DNA of 61,472 nucleotides, filler included, from Choristocarpus tenellus KU-1152 (taxonomy: Eukaryota > Protista > Phaeophyceae), in the NCBI GenBank assembly GCA_964200185.2. It is 9 parts of 9 records of this genome, joined end to end, with 100 filler letters (N's around TTAATTAATTAA, not from the genome) between each part and the next. Parts side by side here need not be neighbours in the genome. Positions count along the whole stretch, not along the records: positions 10,114 to 16,790 come from CAXNAD020007587.1; positions 16,891 to 22,382 come from CAXNAD020010618.1; positions 22,483 to 28,757 come from CAXNAD020008506.1; 6 more parts are not named here. One strand, written 5' to 3'. Shown here one piece after another: positions 14,201 through 26,256 of the stretch. Each line of letters starts with the position of its first letter. Within the stretch, counting starts at the first letter, position 1. The translations under genes were made by a program, and so were the position numbers. The notes under the pieces are model-generated. The model saw only the letters and a list, made by a program, of their open reading frames with translations. It searched no databases and was not told where the DNA came from.

Positions 14201-16607
14201 CTGTGACTACAAAGCTGTGCTACCAAAATGACAGGATGGACAACGCACACAACAACAGCATAGGAAAAGAAAATCTACAACTAATGCCTTTGATGTCAGC
14301 ATTTACTCTGGTTTTGAGCCCAGGAGAAGTTTACAAAGGGTCCATACTGACATCTGGCACAGCGCCACTGACCCCATGACTGGATCAGGTAGAGAAGAGG
14401 GGCTATAGCACAGGTGAATCCACTTGTTGGTGGTATCAATTGGGACTCAGCATAGGGTATGAGCTCAGGTTTTAGGTTCAACATAGTACTTCATGATCTA
14501 ATATGGGACTGAGTGTGTAACCAAACCTAAGAGGCATCATCTTAGGTTTGGGGTCTGCCCTAGGGCTACAGGTAAAATTTGGTATCAGTCGCCTAACCCA
14601 GTGTTACTACAGGTGTGACATGTGTGGCATAGGGTTTGGGGCATGTATTTTGACAGAGCTAAGGGGTATGTGGAAGGGGTCCACTTGTGGTTATAGGTAC
14701 AATGTACTTTAGGAGCTTGGGATAGGTTTTGGAGAAATAACTACAATTTATGAATCTACAGGATAACATCAAGGATAAGGAGTGTGAGCCTCAGGGCCAC
14801 AGATGCAATTTCTTGTTCCAAGGTTTGACCCTTCATGTTTAGGTGCGAACCAGGGTTGGGGGTGTGGCCTACATTTAGGGGCTTGGGATGTGTTCACAGG
14901 TGCAATGCAGTGATTGGATATCTCTATCGGTTTCGGTGTGTAGCTTGGACAAAGGACTGCAATGTGGGGTATAGTGTTCACACAGCAGGGAGGTATACCT
15001 CATCTCATACAACAATTCCTTAGCCTCTTTCCAGAGTCCTGCATCACCGTATGCCTGCATCACAGCAGTGTAGCACTTGATGTCAGGGTCAATATTGGCG
15101 ACCTTCATGCTCTCTAGGAATGCCACCACCTGTAAGCAGTAGTAGTAGGGAGTTGTAAATCAAAACTCCTTCCTTTACCAAGTGTACAGATGTTGCTCAA
15201 TTTCAAAGCACTTGGTGCATTGGAGCACATACACACTCCCCACAGTGTACGTTGATAGTAGCAAAATACTGCTTGAAAAGGGGAATCCAAGGCATTAATG
15301 ACTGGCATTACATCAAATAAAATAAATTATTTCTTGGTGTATAGTACTCAAGCGAAATCGCAGCGTACACACAGTAAACAAACATGGGCGATTGAATCAA
15401 CCTCTTCTGCGTTGACCAGAGTGAAAAGTCTGAGTTCGGGTAGAAGACAATCAACGAAAAATTATACATCAATTTCATGGCTTTGACTAGGTTGTTGTTG
15501 TTTAATTCAGTGACTAAAACACTACGATTCACAATACTACAGAATAAGGGCTTGTTACATCGAACAGATCCACCTCTTCCCAGGATCAAACCCCACATAT
15601 CCCCAACATTTTTCTCACCTCCTGCCACTCCCCAGCCTTGCCCATTGCTACCAAGACCGACAAGTAAGTCCTCATCCGTGGGTGATACAAGTCACTCTTC
15701 ATGTCGTCCAGCAGGGACACTGCCCTCTGCCACTTTCCTTCCTCACCACACGCCTGCCCAAGCATAACAAATTATACATTTAAGAGCAGGAAAGGATGGG
15801 GAGGGGGGAAATGAGGCCTCCAGCTGAGCTGTTTTCCATTCGTCACTGGGTTGAATGCGTATACCCCTCAAACAAATGCTGTCACAGGCAAAATCGTGTT
15901 CCAACTAGAACTAGAACTTCATGAGGGTTAGGGATAGTACTATGCCTGCCCTTGACACTAATCCTGACATGTGTGTGTGCCAAGTACTGTTATAGAGAGG
16001 AAATGTTTTCCAAGGGGGAAAGGCTGTAGCACTGACCCTAACCCTGGGGATGACAAATAATGGTGCAATGAGATGGAGAGAGAATAGGGACTCAGGTACA
16101 AACTCATCAACCAGCGTCTCTAACCCTTGGTTCACCCTCTCCAGCACAAAAAAATGTTACATAAAGAAATATTTATTCTTTGAGTAAACAAAAACCACCC
16201 GAGACACACATCATGAGCAAGAAAAAAAAACTGATTTTCAGTATTAAAAAAAACAGGCCCTAACCCTCAACTCTTCCCCTCCCCCCCCCCCAAAAAAAAG
16301 AAGCTTAACCCTAATCCTAACACTTCTGCTCAGCCCAAACAAAGCAAAGAGACCTGGATGGCATATTCATAACTGAAGAGATCAGGTCGGAGGCCAGCCC
16401 CCTCCATCATTGAGTCGATGAGCAAGATTGCTTTTTTCTTTTGCCTAGCTTCGGCACAAGCCCTGATGGCTGCATTGTATGCCAAGACATCTGGCTGGAT
16501 CCCACGCTTGTCCATGTCTTTGATCGTGCTGAGGGCCTCTTTCCAGCGGCCATTTTCCGCACACGCCTGAACCACAATACTGTAGCAAACCTCATTGGGC
16601 TCAATGC
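11215..16607 (-). CDS. P-class pentatricopeptide repeat (PPR) protein, 5'-partial, 5 exons
   Basis: Exons 16607-16354, 15753-15619, 15129-14999, 12398-12173 and 11373-11215 (stop) join in phase with GT-AG sites. They give consecutive ~35-aa PPR motifs: PNEVCYSIVVQACAENGRWKEAL, PDVLAYNAAIRAC, PDLFSYEYAIQACGEEGKWQRA, PDIKCYTAVMQAYGDAGLWKEA, PELATMNAALKSCEKDGAWEWA, PDEASYGHVIASCIKAG. Confidence 0.9.
12764..12818. repeat. Interstitial telomere-like (CCCTAA)n tract in a PPR intron
   Basis: About 6 perfect CTAACC units followed by degenerate units. Confidence 0.9.
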
Positions 16608-16790
16608 CTGCCAGGGAGATTTGTTTGGTTTTATGTTTTTGGGATGATTTTTTTTTATTTGACAGTTTTGTAGAAATGGCTGTAGTTTATTGGTTAATAA
16701 ATGGGTGCCTTAGCCTGTGTACTTACGGGATTTGTCCACTACCTTGATTGGGTTGTTTTGGGTATTGACAGGGTCAAAATATCTGGGGGG

Positions 16791-16890
16791 NNNNNNNNNN
16801 NNNNNNNNNNNNNNNNNNNNNNNNNNNNNNNNNNTTAATTAATTAANNNNNNNNNNNNNNNNNNNNNNNNNNNNNNNNNNNNNNNNNNNN
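16791..16890. other. Artificial contig linker
   Basis: N44-TTAATTAATTAA-N44. Confidence 0.97.
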
Positions 16891-17064
16891 AAGAAAAAAT
16901 ATTCTCCTCGACCTAGCGTAGAGAAAAAACAAAAAAAAAAAAAAATGGTCAACAATACAGATGCAGATAAGCCCACCAAAATATATAGAGATAGAGATGT
17001 ATATACTTGAGTATATACGAACACTCTCAACTTCTAGCCATGCCGCTCAGTCAATAAACCTCAC

Positions 17065-19364
17065 CTCCAGAGTAACCAACTGCGTACCACTGTTTGTAAC
17101 TGTCAAAACCATCTTGGGATCATAACCAAGATCCCCACGCACAGCAGCCCCATCTCTCCTTCCCCCTCCCCCGCTCCTCCGTACCCCATCAGCCAAGTCA
17201 CCCTTCCCGCTCAGCTCCAACCCCTTAGTACCAGCCATTCTAATCTCCATTCCCTTACTCAGCCCCATCCCTCCCTCCCCCCCCCCAACAAGTTGCCGAT
17301 CGTCCCCCCCACGGTACTCCTGAGAGTTTCCCAAATCTAAGCCTCCGTTCCCCTGACCTCCTTCCTTTGCCCCTCCCCCCTTGCCTTTCAAGATGCGCTG
17401 TTCCTGTCCCTCCTCATCCCCTAGTCCATGTCCATGTCCTTGACCTTCTGTCCCCGATTGGCCATTCGAAGACAAGGACCCCTTGGTGGAATGCCGTAAC
17501 CCTCCCCCACAACCAGAACTTTTATTTTTCTTATTCACCACTGCCCAACGCTCGCCACAAAAGTCGTATCTTTTTTTTATTGATATGTGCCGAGAAGTAG
17601 AAGTTAGCGGGGGGAGAACAATGGAAGGCGGGTCGTGGGGGTTGTGTGGGGGGAGGGGAGGGCAGGGTAGAGGAAGATCATGAGTACAACATCACTACAG
17701 TAGGGGCACAAAATCCAGTTCAAATGTCTAACTTAGTAGGACTCTTTCGGTCAGACCCTGCTTCGAGTGCAAGTGACAGAATACTATAGTAATAAATAGT
17801 AATAAAATAGTAACAAAATGAATACATTCCACTCAAATCGTCTTAGAAGAAGACTTCAATATCGAAATGGTAGTTTGCACCCAAAGAGTTGTAGTTGACC
17901 TACCCGCCAGCTCTAATCAAGCCAGTTAGATGTTTCATTAAGTGTGTTTTTCCATCAGGGAATTCAGGTCCCTTCTCTTAACAGTAGATGGTAGTAGGAA
18001 GAGGGCAAATCTCTCAATACAGAACTGACTCCCTCTATGCACTTATATCGGAGTGTGGAAACGTGTATTGGTTAAGAACAGAAGAAGCAGGGGTGGCCTG
18101 CCAATTCTCAACAGCAGTGCAAGGTTTGTGACTCCTCCGTAGGCTTGGGTCTCCACAGGATCATCTATAATTTCTCCACATAGTAACAACAGATCTATCT
18201 TATGAGTGCATCTTGGTCTATTGATGCAACCCTGTGAACTACATAAACGCTGACACCTACAAAAGTTAAAAACTGCAATTCTACTTCACACTTCCACGCA
18301 TACTCATGCGCTCGTCACTCATAGCTGTGAATGGCATGACTAAAACGAGTTCCTGGCTATGAAGAATTGTTGCCTTACCAAAGTGCTTAGGGTTAGGGCA
18401 CAAGTATGTGCATGTGCAATCTCTTGGGGACAGCACTTGAGTTAATTCCGATCTTCATCACGTTTACTATAAGTGTAGGATAGCACTCTACCTGAACATA
18501 GCTGTCCCCAACCCCACCAAAATCAGTTCTCATAAGTCACCCTCGCCATCACTCCTGGTCTACTTACCCTTCCGGGATGTACTCCCCTATTTCCTCATCC
18601 TGATCCTCTTCCTCTTCCGCTTCCTCTTCCTCTTCTTCACAGGTATCACCATCCTCCTCCACCTCTTTGGAAGGGACCCTCAATAAGACCCGCCCAAAAT
18701 CTAGCAGTCGCGGGTTGTGAACGCAATCCCCATTGTTTCCTCTTCTGAGGCTAGTGGACAGGCCATATTTTGAAACAGATGCTAGACGGGCCACCTTGCG
18801 TGGGGTGCAGGAGTGCCAGCAATGGGGTGGGCAGCATCAAGTGATAGAACAAAGAAGGAACAAGATAGGATCTTAATAAATTGAGAACACAGAAACAGTA
18901 GTTCCCACCACCTCCAAGGTTGCCAATTTTCTCCGGAGCGAGTCTTTATAAGTCAAGTTTAACGGGATTCAATGAATGTGGTAGCCAGATCGGGAAGAGT
19001 GTTTCTGTAAATTGTCACTTCCTAAGTTCCTGCAGTATCACAGAGTATCTTTGCGCAGGTATCGCCCACTCCGTTCACTGCTACAAGCGACTGTGGTAGA
19101 AGAGACACTAACCTCGGGATCATAAGCCAGGGCCTCACCCAAAACCGTTCCCCATTGATCGAGGGTGGTAGGAGTCTGTGATTGCCCACGACAGCCTTGT
19201 TGGCCAAGTCCTTGCCCTTGCAACAAACGACATTCTCCCCACTCCTCCCCTTCCCCCTGATCCTGGCCATCCACACAACCAAGCACAGAATATTGACTAC
19301 TCTGCTCTAGTCGCTGAAGCAATCCCCTGAATCCCTCTCCCTTCCCAACCATGCTCGATTCCAT
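17065..19364 (-). CDS. Unknown protein, 3'-partial, with a possible ASH/PapD-like Ig fold interrupted by low-complexity inserts
   Basis: Exons 19364(ATG)-19113, 18794-18568 and 17569-17065 join in phase with GT-AG sites. The motifs PRLLDFGRV and MVLTVTNSGTQLVTLE flank acidic and Gly-rich stretches. Confidence 0.6.
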
Positions 19365-19677
19365 GTTGCAGACATCGACTGGCAACGTGATTAGGAAAGA
19401 TGACAACAAGACAAAGACAAAGACCTCTACCTACTAATATATAGTATATACTAGTACCAAAAACGAATATCCTGAATCTTGAATTGACACACATCATGAG
19501 ATTATTACTACTGTATTCATTACCATATCGTTGTTTATAAAGGGTAGAGCGATATAAGAAGTATACCTGATAATGACATAATCGCCTTTCCTGGGGATTT
19601 CTTCGAAAAAACAAAACTATTTTGATAGTGGAGTTTCTATCCTCTCTTGTTCCTCCCCGACATAATACATCGCAACC

Positions 19678-21012
19678 ATGACTCGGAGGGGGCCAACACG
19701 TGAGAGCGTGCAAGATGAATGCAGGGTGCAACCTGTGCGAAATGATCTGCGCCTCAAGATATATGTATCCGTAGCGAGGCAGTTGATGGAGCTGGGGGAC
19801 CAATACTTGCGAGACGGTGACCATCTCCAGGTTCGACTGATTCGACCTTTCCTTTTGGTTTCCTTTTGCGCATGCCGAAGCAAAATTCTCTCGCATTTCA
19901 GCTCGCTGTGATAAGATTGCGTCGACACTGTGCTGGGATCCTGAGGAGTCGTTGGAGATACTCACCATAGACCACACTCATCCACCCTTAATGACCAGAG
20001 CTATGTACACTACAAGCGTTTCCTGGTGCTTACTATTGAAGAGATGCCCAAGCACAATGCTTATCATACGGAGGTCTACGCGGGGGAAAGGAGATGGCTG
20101 TATCGTGTAAGTTACTGGATGATATGTACTTATGCTACGTGGAGAACATTTGCTTTTCACTCCTTGATAGACAGCGTTCTCGTTAGGTGGTCCGTACCTG
20201 TCGTAGTACCTACTGTTTGTGTAGTTACAGCTCTCTTCCGTGGTCATTTGAGGTGTAAACCACAGAACTATTTCAAGTTCACCTTTCCTCTATAGAAATG
20301 TGCCCATGATGCAAGCAAATGACACACTTCAACAAGCTCGCAATACCAATCCAATTCACTCTCTTTCCACATTACATTTTCGTGTGGTAATTGGTTGGCA
20401 CGACAAAGACATCCCCTGCATTGCAAAGAATTATTGGAAGTCTCGCCTCAACTCTCCCTCCTGCTATGTTTCCTACAACTGATGACAGGCATAAGGTAGT
20501 CTCGTCTCCATTCCTCTCCCTCCACCCCAACCTACCCCACCCGGCTTGGTTGTCAATCGTCTCTCCTTCTCCAGGAACGCACTCGCGTAATGTTACAGAC
20601 AGAGAGGTTATCTCGCAAGCTCGATGACATGGACAATGCTTGCGAGAGAGCTCAAACCTATGAAGCTCAAGATGGAACGTTAGCGGCGAGGACAGCCGGG
20701 TTGGGAGGGGCAGTGGGAAATGATAAAGGCGTGCCAAGTTGGGTCTATGACCTACCAGAAGCACCTACAGGGGGAGGACCAAGCGCCGCACCTGTGCCAA
20801 GTGCCCCACTTGCGCCGAGTGCCCCATTTGCACCTTCCCCGTCCTCCGAGTGGGATAGTGGAGGAGTCGGAGGGAGCCCAATGCCTACAGCTTCCTCATT
20901 AGAGGGTGTATATTCAACTGGACAAGTGGGGGGAGTGACAAAGGCAGCAGGGGCAGGGAGAGAACATAGAATGAGCATGACAGAAATGTTTCACACATTG
21001 AAGATTGATGGG
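19678..21012 (+). CDS. Protein with an AMSH/STAMBP/USP8-type N-terminal (MIT-like, USP8_dimer) domain; 3' end uncertain
   Basis: Exons 19678-19830, 19999-20106 and 20575-21012 join in phase 0. They give LKIYVSVARQLMELGDQYLRDGDHLQSYVHYKRFLVLTIEEMPKHNAY...ERTRVMLQTERLSRKL, then a Pro/Ser-rich linker. A further exon may begin at 21611. Confidence 0.75.
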
Positions 21013-22325
21013 GTGAGTTACACAGTGGCTATTCGTTCCGGTCGAGGTGTCGTGCAAGGAAGCAAGTGGAGCGTATATACAAGACATAGCTGTGTTGTCA
21101 CACTTTCTTTGTTAGAATATCTTAACCCAAATTATTTATGAGTGTTATTGAGCTATACTATCTTGAGTATCTGTGCAACACATCTGCTTGGTGCTAAGTT
21201 GGCAGTTGCAAAGCATATCGACTTGAGGAGTTCCAATGGAAGCATGGCGAGAGTATACATGCCCCCTCCCTCCCCCTTCCCAAGTGGAAATGTTGTTGCA
21301 TCATCCGTGCATTGGCTCTGCCAAGCCCAGCCAGTCTTCACGAATTCAACTAATAGTTGTGGAGGCGTTTGCGACTGCCGTAATCCTCCAAGTAGCTCTT
21401 GCAATCCAAGTCAGTTAGTCCTCGTGTATTTGATTGGTTGCTTCTGTACACGCAACGCTCAACCCCCCCCCCCCCAATCATAAGCAAGGTGAGACAGACC
21501 ATATTGCAGNNNNNNNNNNGCCCTTTCAATCCAATCCATTTTGTCCCCGGTTTTTTGTTTGGTTCCTTCTGAAACCCAAACCCCCACCCCCCCCCCCCCC
21601 CAATCATAAGCAAGGTGAGACAGACCATATTGCAGCTGTGTCATTGGCAGCAGCGGAAGGTGCTTACCCTGTTGTCAGGGCTCCACAGCACATGGATGGA
21701 GGAAAGCCGTCAAGGTTGACTAGGAAGTAAGTTGACAGTTGAAGAGCTCTCTCTCTTCTCCTGATGTGTTTTATAGGAATGCCAGCGATCGACATGGGCT
21801 CTGTGAATGGAATGAGATGATGCGGTAGCCCTGACAGGGGGTGGACACTGCGTCGAGTGTTAGATTGGGTGTTGAAAGAGCTTGTTTTGCTGTGAACGGG
21901 TTCTTCTATGTGGGCCGTGCCCTTCCTTAACTACGATGATGATGACGGGCGGGAGGGACTGTTGGGATTTTTTTTGCCGTAGTGGTTCTGAGGCGATGGA
22001 GATGGTCCCTTGGGAATGTTGGAGATTTATTTTTTTTAGCATGAGTGTACCTTTTTTTCGTCATTGTACCTTTACATGTTGTATTTTGTATATATCGAGC
22101 GTCGATGTGTTTTCCATCGAAGCTCTGTGAAATGAATTGTGTCGTCCTGACCTGGTGTTGGGAATTAGTACTCTCACCTAAGAGCAACGTTTGTTTGAAC
22201 CTCTGTAGCTAGATGTAACTTACACTTGGGGCTTGTTTCAAATGTTACAAGATCGTGCCGTTCTGACGGGAATATAAGTCCATTAGAGGATCTTTACTTC
22301 AGCGTAAGTTTTTTCCATCCCCCCC

Positions 22326-22362
<37 letters not shown>

Positions 22363-22382
22363 AAAACACGCGGAGCGGGGGG

Positions 22383-22482
22383 NNNNNNNNNNNNNNNNNN
22401 NNNNNNNNNNNNNNNNNNNNNNNNNNTTAATTAATTAANNNNNNNNNNNNNNNNNNNNNNNNNNNNNNNNNNNNNNNNNNNN
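22383..22482. other. Artificial contig linker
   Basis: N44-TTAATTAATTAA-N44. Confidence 0.97.
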
Positions 22483-23775
22483 TGACAAGGAGCCCCACTC
22501 AAGTACGTGATACAAGTACCACTCCTTCGTGCTCTGTGGTGAGTGTGCAACATGGTTTTGATCCTGTACCTGTTCGTGTACATAAACAGTATAACATACC
22601 AGCTGGTCATGAAATCATCGTACGTTGCACAACTGATACTAGTCCGTCGTTGGATACTGCCGTGGTAGTGGAGCCAGTCATACACTCCATTCCTGCTGTC
22701 GATCAAACCACTGAACCTACACACCCATGGAATCGTAACGTAGCTGCTCGTCGTACCCTCAGTACTTGGTCAGCAAGTAATAGATCAGTATTGGAGCCAA
22801 AGTATCTTAGAGGGTAGAGCCGCGTCCATGGGGGGGGTCAAAATCCAATGTTGCGATTTTGATGTAATTTTGACTATCGTTTTTGTTAGGAAGTGTCAAT
22901 ATCTATGTTTTGGACCAAATTTTTAATAAAGTATACATTTTACCTACCTCCTAATCATTTTGGAGTAGGAAAATTTCATATAAAAACCCATGGGAAGCCA
23001 AGCCCCAAATGGACAAACAAGGAAAACCTCGTACGCTCTAAGATACTTTCACTCATTGGTTCAAATGGCAAATCCAACAACACGGAAAATACGTATCAAG
23101 AAGCATCTTGTGATAGGTCACTTAACCCCAATTTCTGATCAGATACCAATTACTGTTAGTGCTCAAAATACTGATTCTGCTCCATTCAGTAAAGCTTGAG
23201 AGGAGTTAAATCAAGCCTTCACCAAGTCAAATGCATCTAAAGATACCAAGTTCAATCAGTCACAAGTTTCTTAGCTCTTAGACCTCTGTGCTCGTTATAG
23301 ATCGGTATTTTCGTTGAATGCAGCAGAACTAGGAAGATGTACTCTAGCTGAAGCAGAAATTCCTATAGAGCCTGGTACAAAACCTGTTGACAGGAACCCT
23401 TACAGAGCAAACCCCCGTACTCAAGAAATAATTGACTCGTGTGTTAATATTATGGAAGAGCAAAGCATTATTGAAAAACGTGTCAGCCCTTGGGGTAGTC
23501 CTGTTACTATTGTGGCCAAATCTGATGGCATCCCACGATTCTGTGTGGACTATAGATCAACTGTTAACAAACACCTTGTTCGACCGTCTTGGCCTATGCC
23601 TGATATAGAGTCTCATATTGATACTGTTGGGGGGGTGCAAAATGTATCACCGTTTGTGATATTCAGAGTGCATATTGGCAGATTCCTGTTGCTGAGGATG
23701 ACATTGATAAAACTGCTTTTGTCACGTCCAGAGGCAAACATGTTTTTAAGAGGATGCCCTTTGGGATATCAAACA
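22483..23775 (+). mobile_element. Ty3/Gypsy pol fragment (RT N-terminal half), degenerate
   Basis: IPIEPGTKPVDRNPYR...SPWGSPVTIVAKSDGIPRFCVDYR...WPMPDIE, then a frameshift to SAYWQIPVAEDDIDKTAFVT...RMPFG. It ends abruptly at about 23775. The left boundary is approximate. Confidence 0.88.
22794..23054 (+). mobile_element. MITE family 1, copy 1 (~260 bp; ATTG target-site duplication)
   Basis: Imperfect terminal inverted repeats gagccaaagtatcttagagggtagag ... ctcgtacgctctaagatactttcactc, with ATTG on both sides. Homologous to 43335-43591 and 44575-44833. Confidence 0.88.
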
Positions 23776-25900
23776 GAACAACCGCAAGGCAATCTTTTTG
23801 TGTGGCAGAAAATTTTCTTTGAGAGAGAGAAAGTAAGGCACTATGGTATGCAATTATATCAAAATTGCCATCATTTTTATGGGCCAATAGCGCCCCTATC
23901 TCAACATTACTGGCATCTATATGTATAAATAATTCCTCTGAAAAATCAGGAAAGTGTAGAACTGGAGCCATGGTTAAAAGTCGTTTGCACTTGCCAAAAG
24001 CAGTTTGCTGTGGTCGATTCCATCTAGGTGAATATCACTTGGATTTTTTTTTTCTTTGGGATGGTGCGTGGTCTCTTTTTATACTTTCCGTTTTGTATAT
24101 GGCGAATCAATTCAACTAACAGTTCTGTTGCTGTTGCTAGGTGAGGAATGTACTTCCTGACAAAGTTCATAGTACCTAAGAAAGATTGTAAGCATTTCAC
24201 GGTTTGAGGAGAATGCATTTCTAAAACATATTCGTAAGAGCTTGTGATATAGCTATTCCTTGTGGACTAACATCATGTCCCAAATAGTAGATTTGCTTTG
24301 AGTCAAACTGATCCTTGGATGGCTTTAACCTCCACAGTTTGTAAGGTTGACAGTATCGTAGTGATTGTAGTGTACCCAAGATGGAGAGGCCAAAAGAACA
24401 TCGTCTAAATATACCAATAACCCAGAGGTAGGACCGATCGTAGAATTTTTTTCAGGCATGAAGCGTTGTAAGATCCACCGTACATTTTGGACTCCAAATA
24501 GTAAAATTTGAAACTCATATTTCCCATCAATTGTGATAAGACAAGTATTTTGAACCCTCCAAAGTATATATATAGTCGTTCATGGATGGCAAAGCCATGA
24601 ATTACATGTCAAATGTTTCTTAATGGTTCCTCTAAAATCCATGCAGAACTGGGTAGATCCATCAGGTTTTGCGACAATGGTAACAGGGGATACCAATGAG
24701 CTAGATGAGGGTTTTTCAATGAACAGCTTCTCCGTATCAGTTTCACAATGACGAACGATGCCGCGCGAAACGGTGGTCTACTAACCGGATTAGTGCCTGG
24801 TTGTAGTGGAAAGTCAACATAAGTAGTTGTCCAGCAACCTGATTTATTTTCAGATAATGAAAAGACTGGCCTGATTTTAACCATGATACCTAGTAATTCC
24901 TCTTGTTCAGAACACGTCAGTTGTGTGTTTGCAAATACCGTCTTAGAAAAAACCTTCAAATCATCCCTAGCTTTTCCAGTTCTTCGGGAGTAGAGGGTGT
25001 GGCTGCAACTGCACTTGTGGCAACATCTGAAAGGGAATGTGTGGTTGACATAGGGTAGGTATGACCAACTACAAAATTCGCTTGTAGCTTGACCCCTTTT
25101 TGAGATTGGCAATTTTAACTAAACATTTTCCACTTTCTCCCAAACACTCCTGCCTCCTTCTGTTAGGTTGCTGGCACTTACTTTCTTTTTCCCTTTTCGC
25201 ACAGACATCTTCTCGCTAGATGAAGAGGGAGTGGAATTGGAAGTGGAATTGGAAGTGGAATTGGACCCACCTCTCTGTCTCGTAGTTCTCGATTGGTTCA
25301 GTCACGATGTGAAAGTGTGCTTTGCGCCCCTAAACACTCTCAGCGTGAGTACCACTGTGGAAGTGTCAAGGCTCAAAAGCTCTCTGCTGATCACAATAAC
25401 CGGACTGAACTCTTCCACCACAGAGGGTGAGACCGAGTCTCACTGGTCTTGAACCAACATCCCAATATCAGTTGAGGAAATTAAGAACAGAACCGAAACC
25501 TTAGTGCACAATAAGACACAGAATGACTGAGCAATGTCGCAGCAGGAAATTGATCAGTCAGAATCGGAATTGATCTTCGTTCTGACACTCCTTCTGACTG
25601 TTTGGTCAAATCTGGATCTTATCGGTGTGTGTGGCTTTGTGGACTGATTGATACGGGGAAGACCAATGACGTGGTTGGCATGCGCAAATGTGTATGGTGC
25701 GCACCATATCCAAAAATGTATGTGTGGGAGGTCCCAAAAAAGGAACCTGTCCCTGACAAATGCAACAACAAAATCCAACAACAGTGTTCCAGCTCACAAC
25801 AAAGAATTCAAAACCCAAAAGAACTCAAAAAACAATTTCTGGACCAGATAAGAGACTCAACTAACTCCTGACTAAAATACTACTGTGCAAACAATTCAAA
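23776..25900 (-). mobile_element. Second Ty3/Gypsy fragment (RT-RNase H with upstream region), degenerate
   Basis: On the minus strand: LQPGTNPVSRPPFR, VYLDDV near 24400, LQSFLGTMNFVRKYIPHLA, and APVLHFPDFSEELFIHIDASNVEIGALLAH...IAYHS...FSATQKDCLAVV. The 5' limit is approximate. Confidence 0.85.
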
Positions 25901-26073
25901 TACACTGGTGTGAACATCAAATAAAATATATGTTATCTCCTCTGCTCTGATCTCAGCTCTTTCCCTCCAAACATAAAATCGCCCACATTGCTTTCAAACT
26001 TGACAGTCTTACAATATTCTCCGGAGTATTTAATACAGCATAGACATTTCTTCGACCTTCCTCTTAGAGAGCT

Positions 26074-26256
26074 CTATATGCTATGGTGTGAATGCCAATG
26101 CTGAGCAATTTCATCACGCCTGCAGATCCACACGTCTTTCCCAGCCTCCTTGATGTAATCAAGGAATCGGGAAAGGGCTGCGATACGTCCAGGACGCCCC
26201 ACCAACCGACAGTGAAGCCCCACCGATAGCATTTTTGGCGCCCCTGCTCTCCCCTC
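26074..26256 (-). CDS. puuE: Terminal exon of a PuuE-type allantoinase (polysaccharide deacetylase fold)
   Basis: Acceptor ttttccag, then EGRAGAPKMLSVGLHCRLVGRPGRIAALSRFLDYIKEAGKDVWICRRDEIAQHW...stop. KMxSxGLHCRLxGRPGR and VWxxRRxxIAxHW are characteristic of PuuE. Upstream exons were not found in this contig. Confidence 0.82.
   Translation of the reverse strand, partial: EGRAGAPKMLSVGLHCRLVGRPGRIAALSRFLDYIKEAGKDVWICRRDEIAQHWHSHHSI

Noticed and set aside
21470-21634. Direct duplication of poly-C + aatcataagcaaggtgagacagaccatattgcag
   Set aside because: It straddles a 10-N gap next to a homopolymer, which is typical of an unmerged scaffold overlap. A similar case occurs at about 40100-40290.
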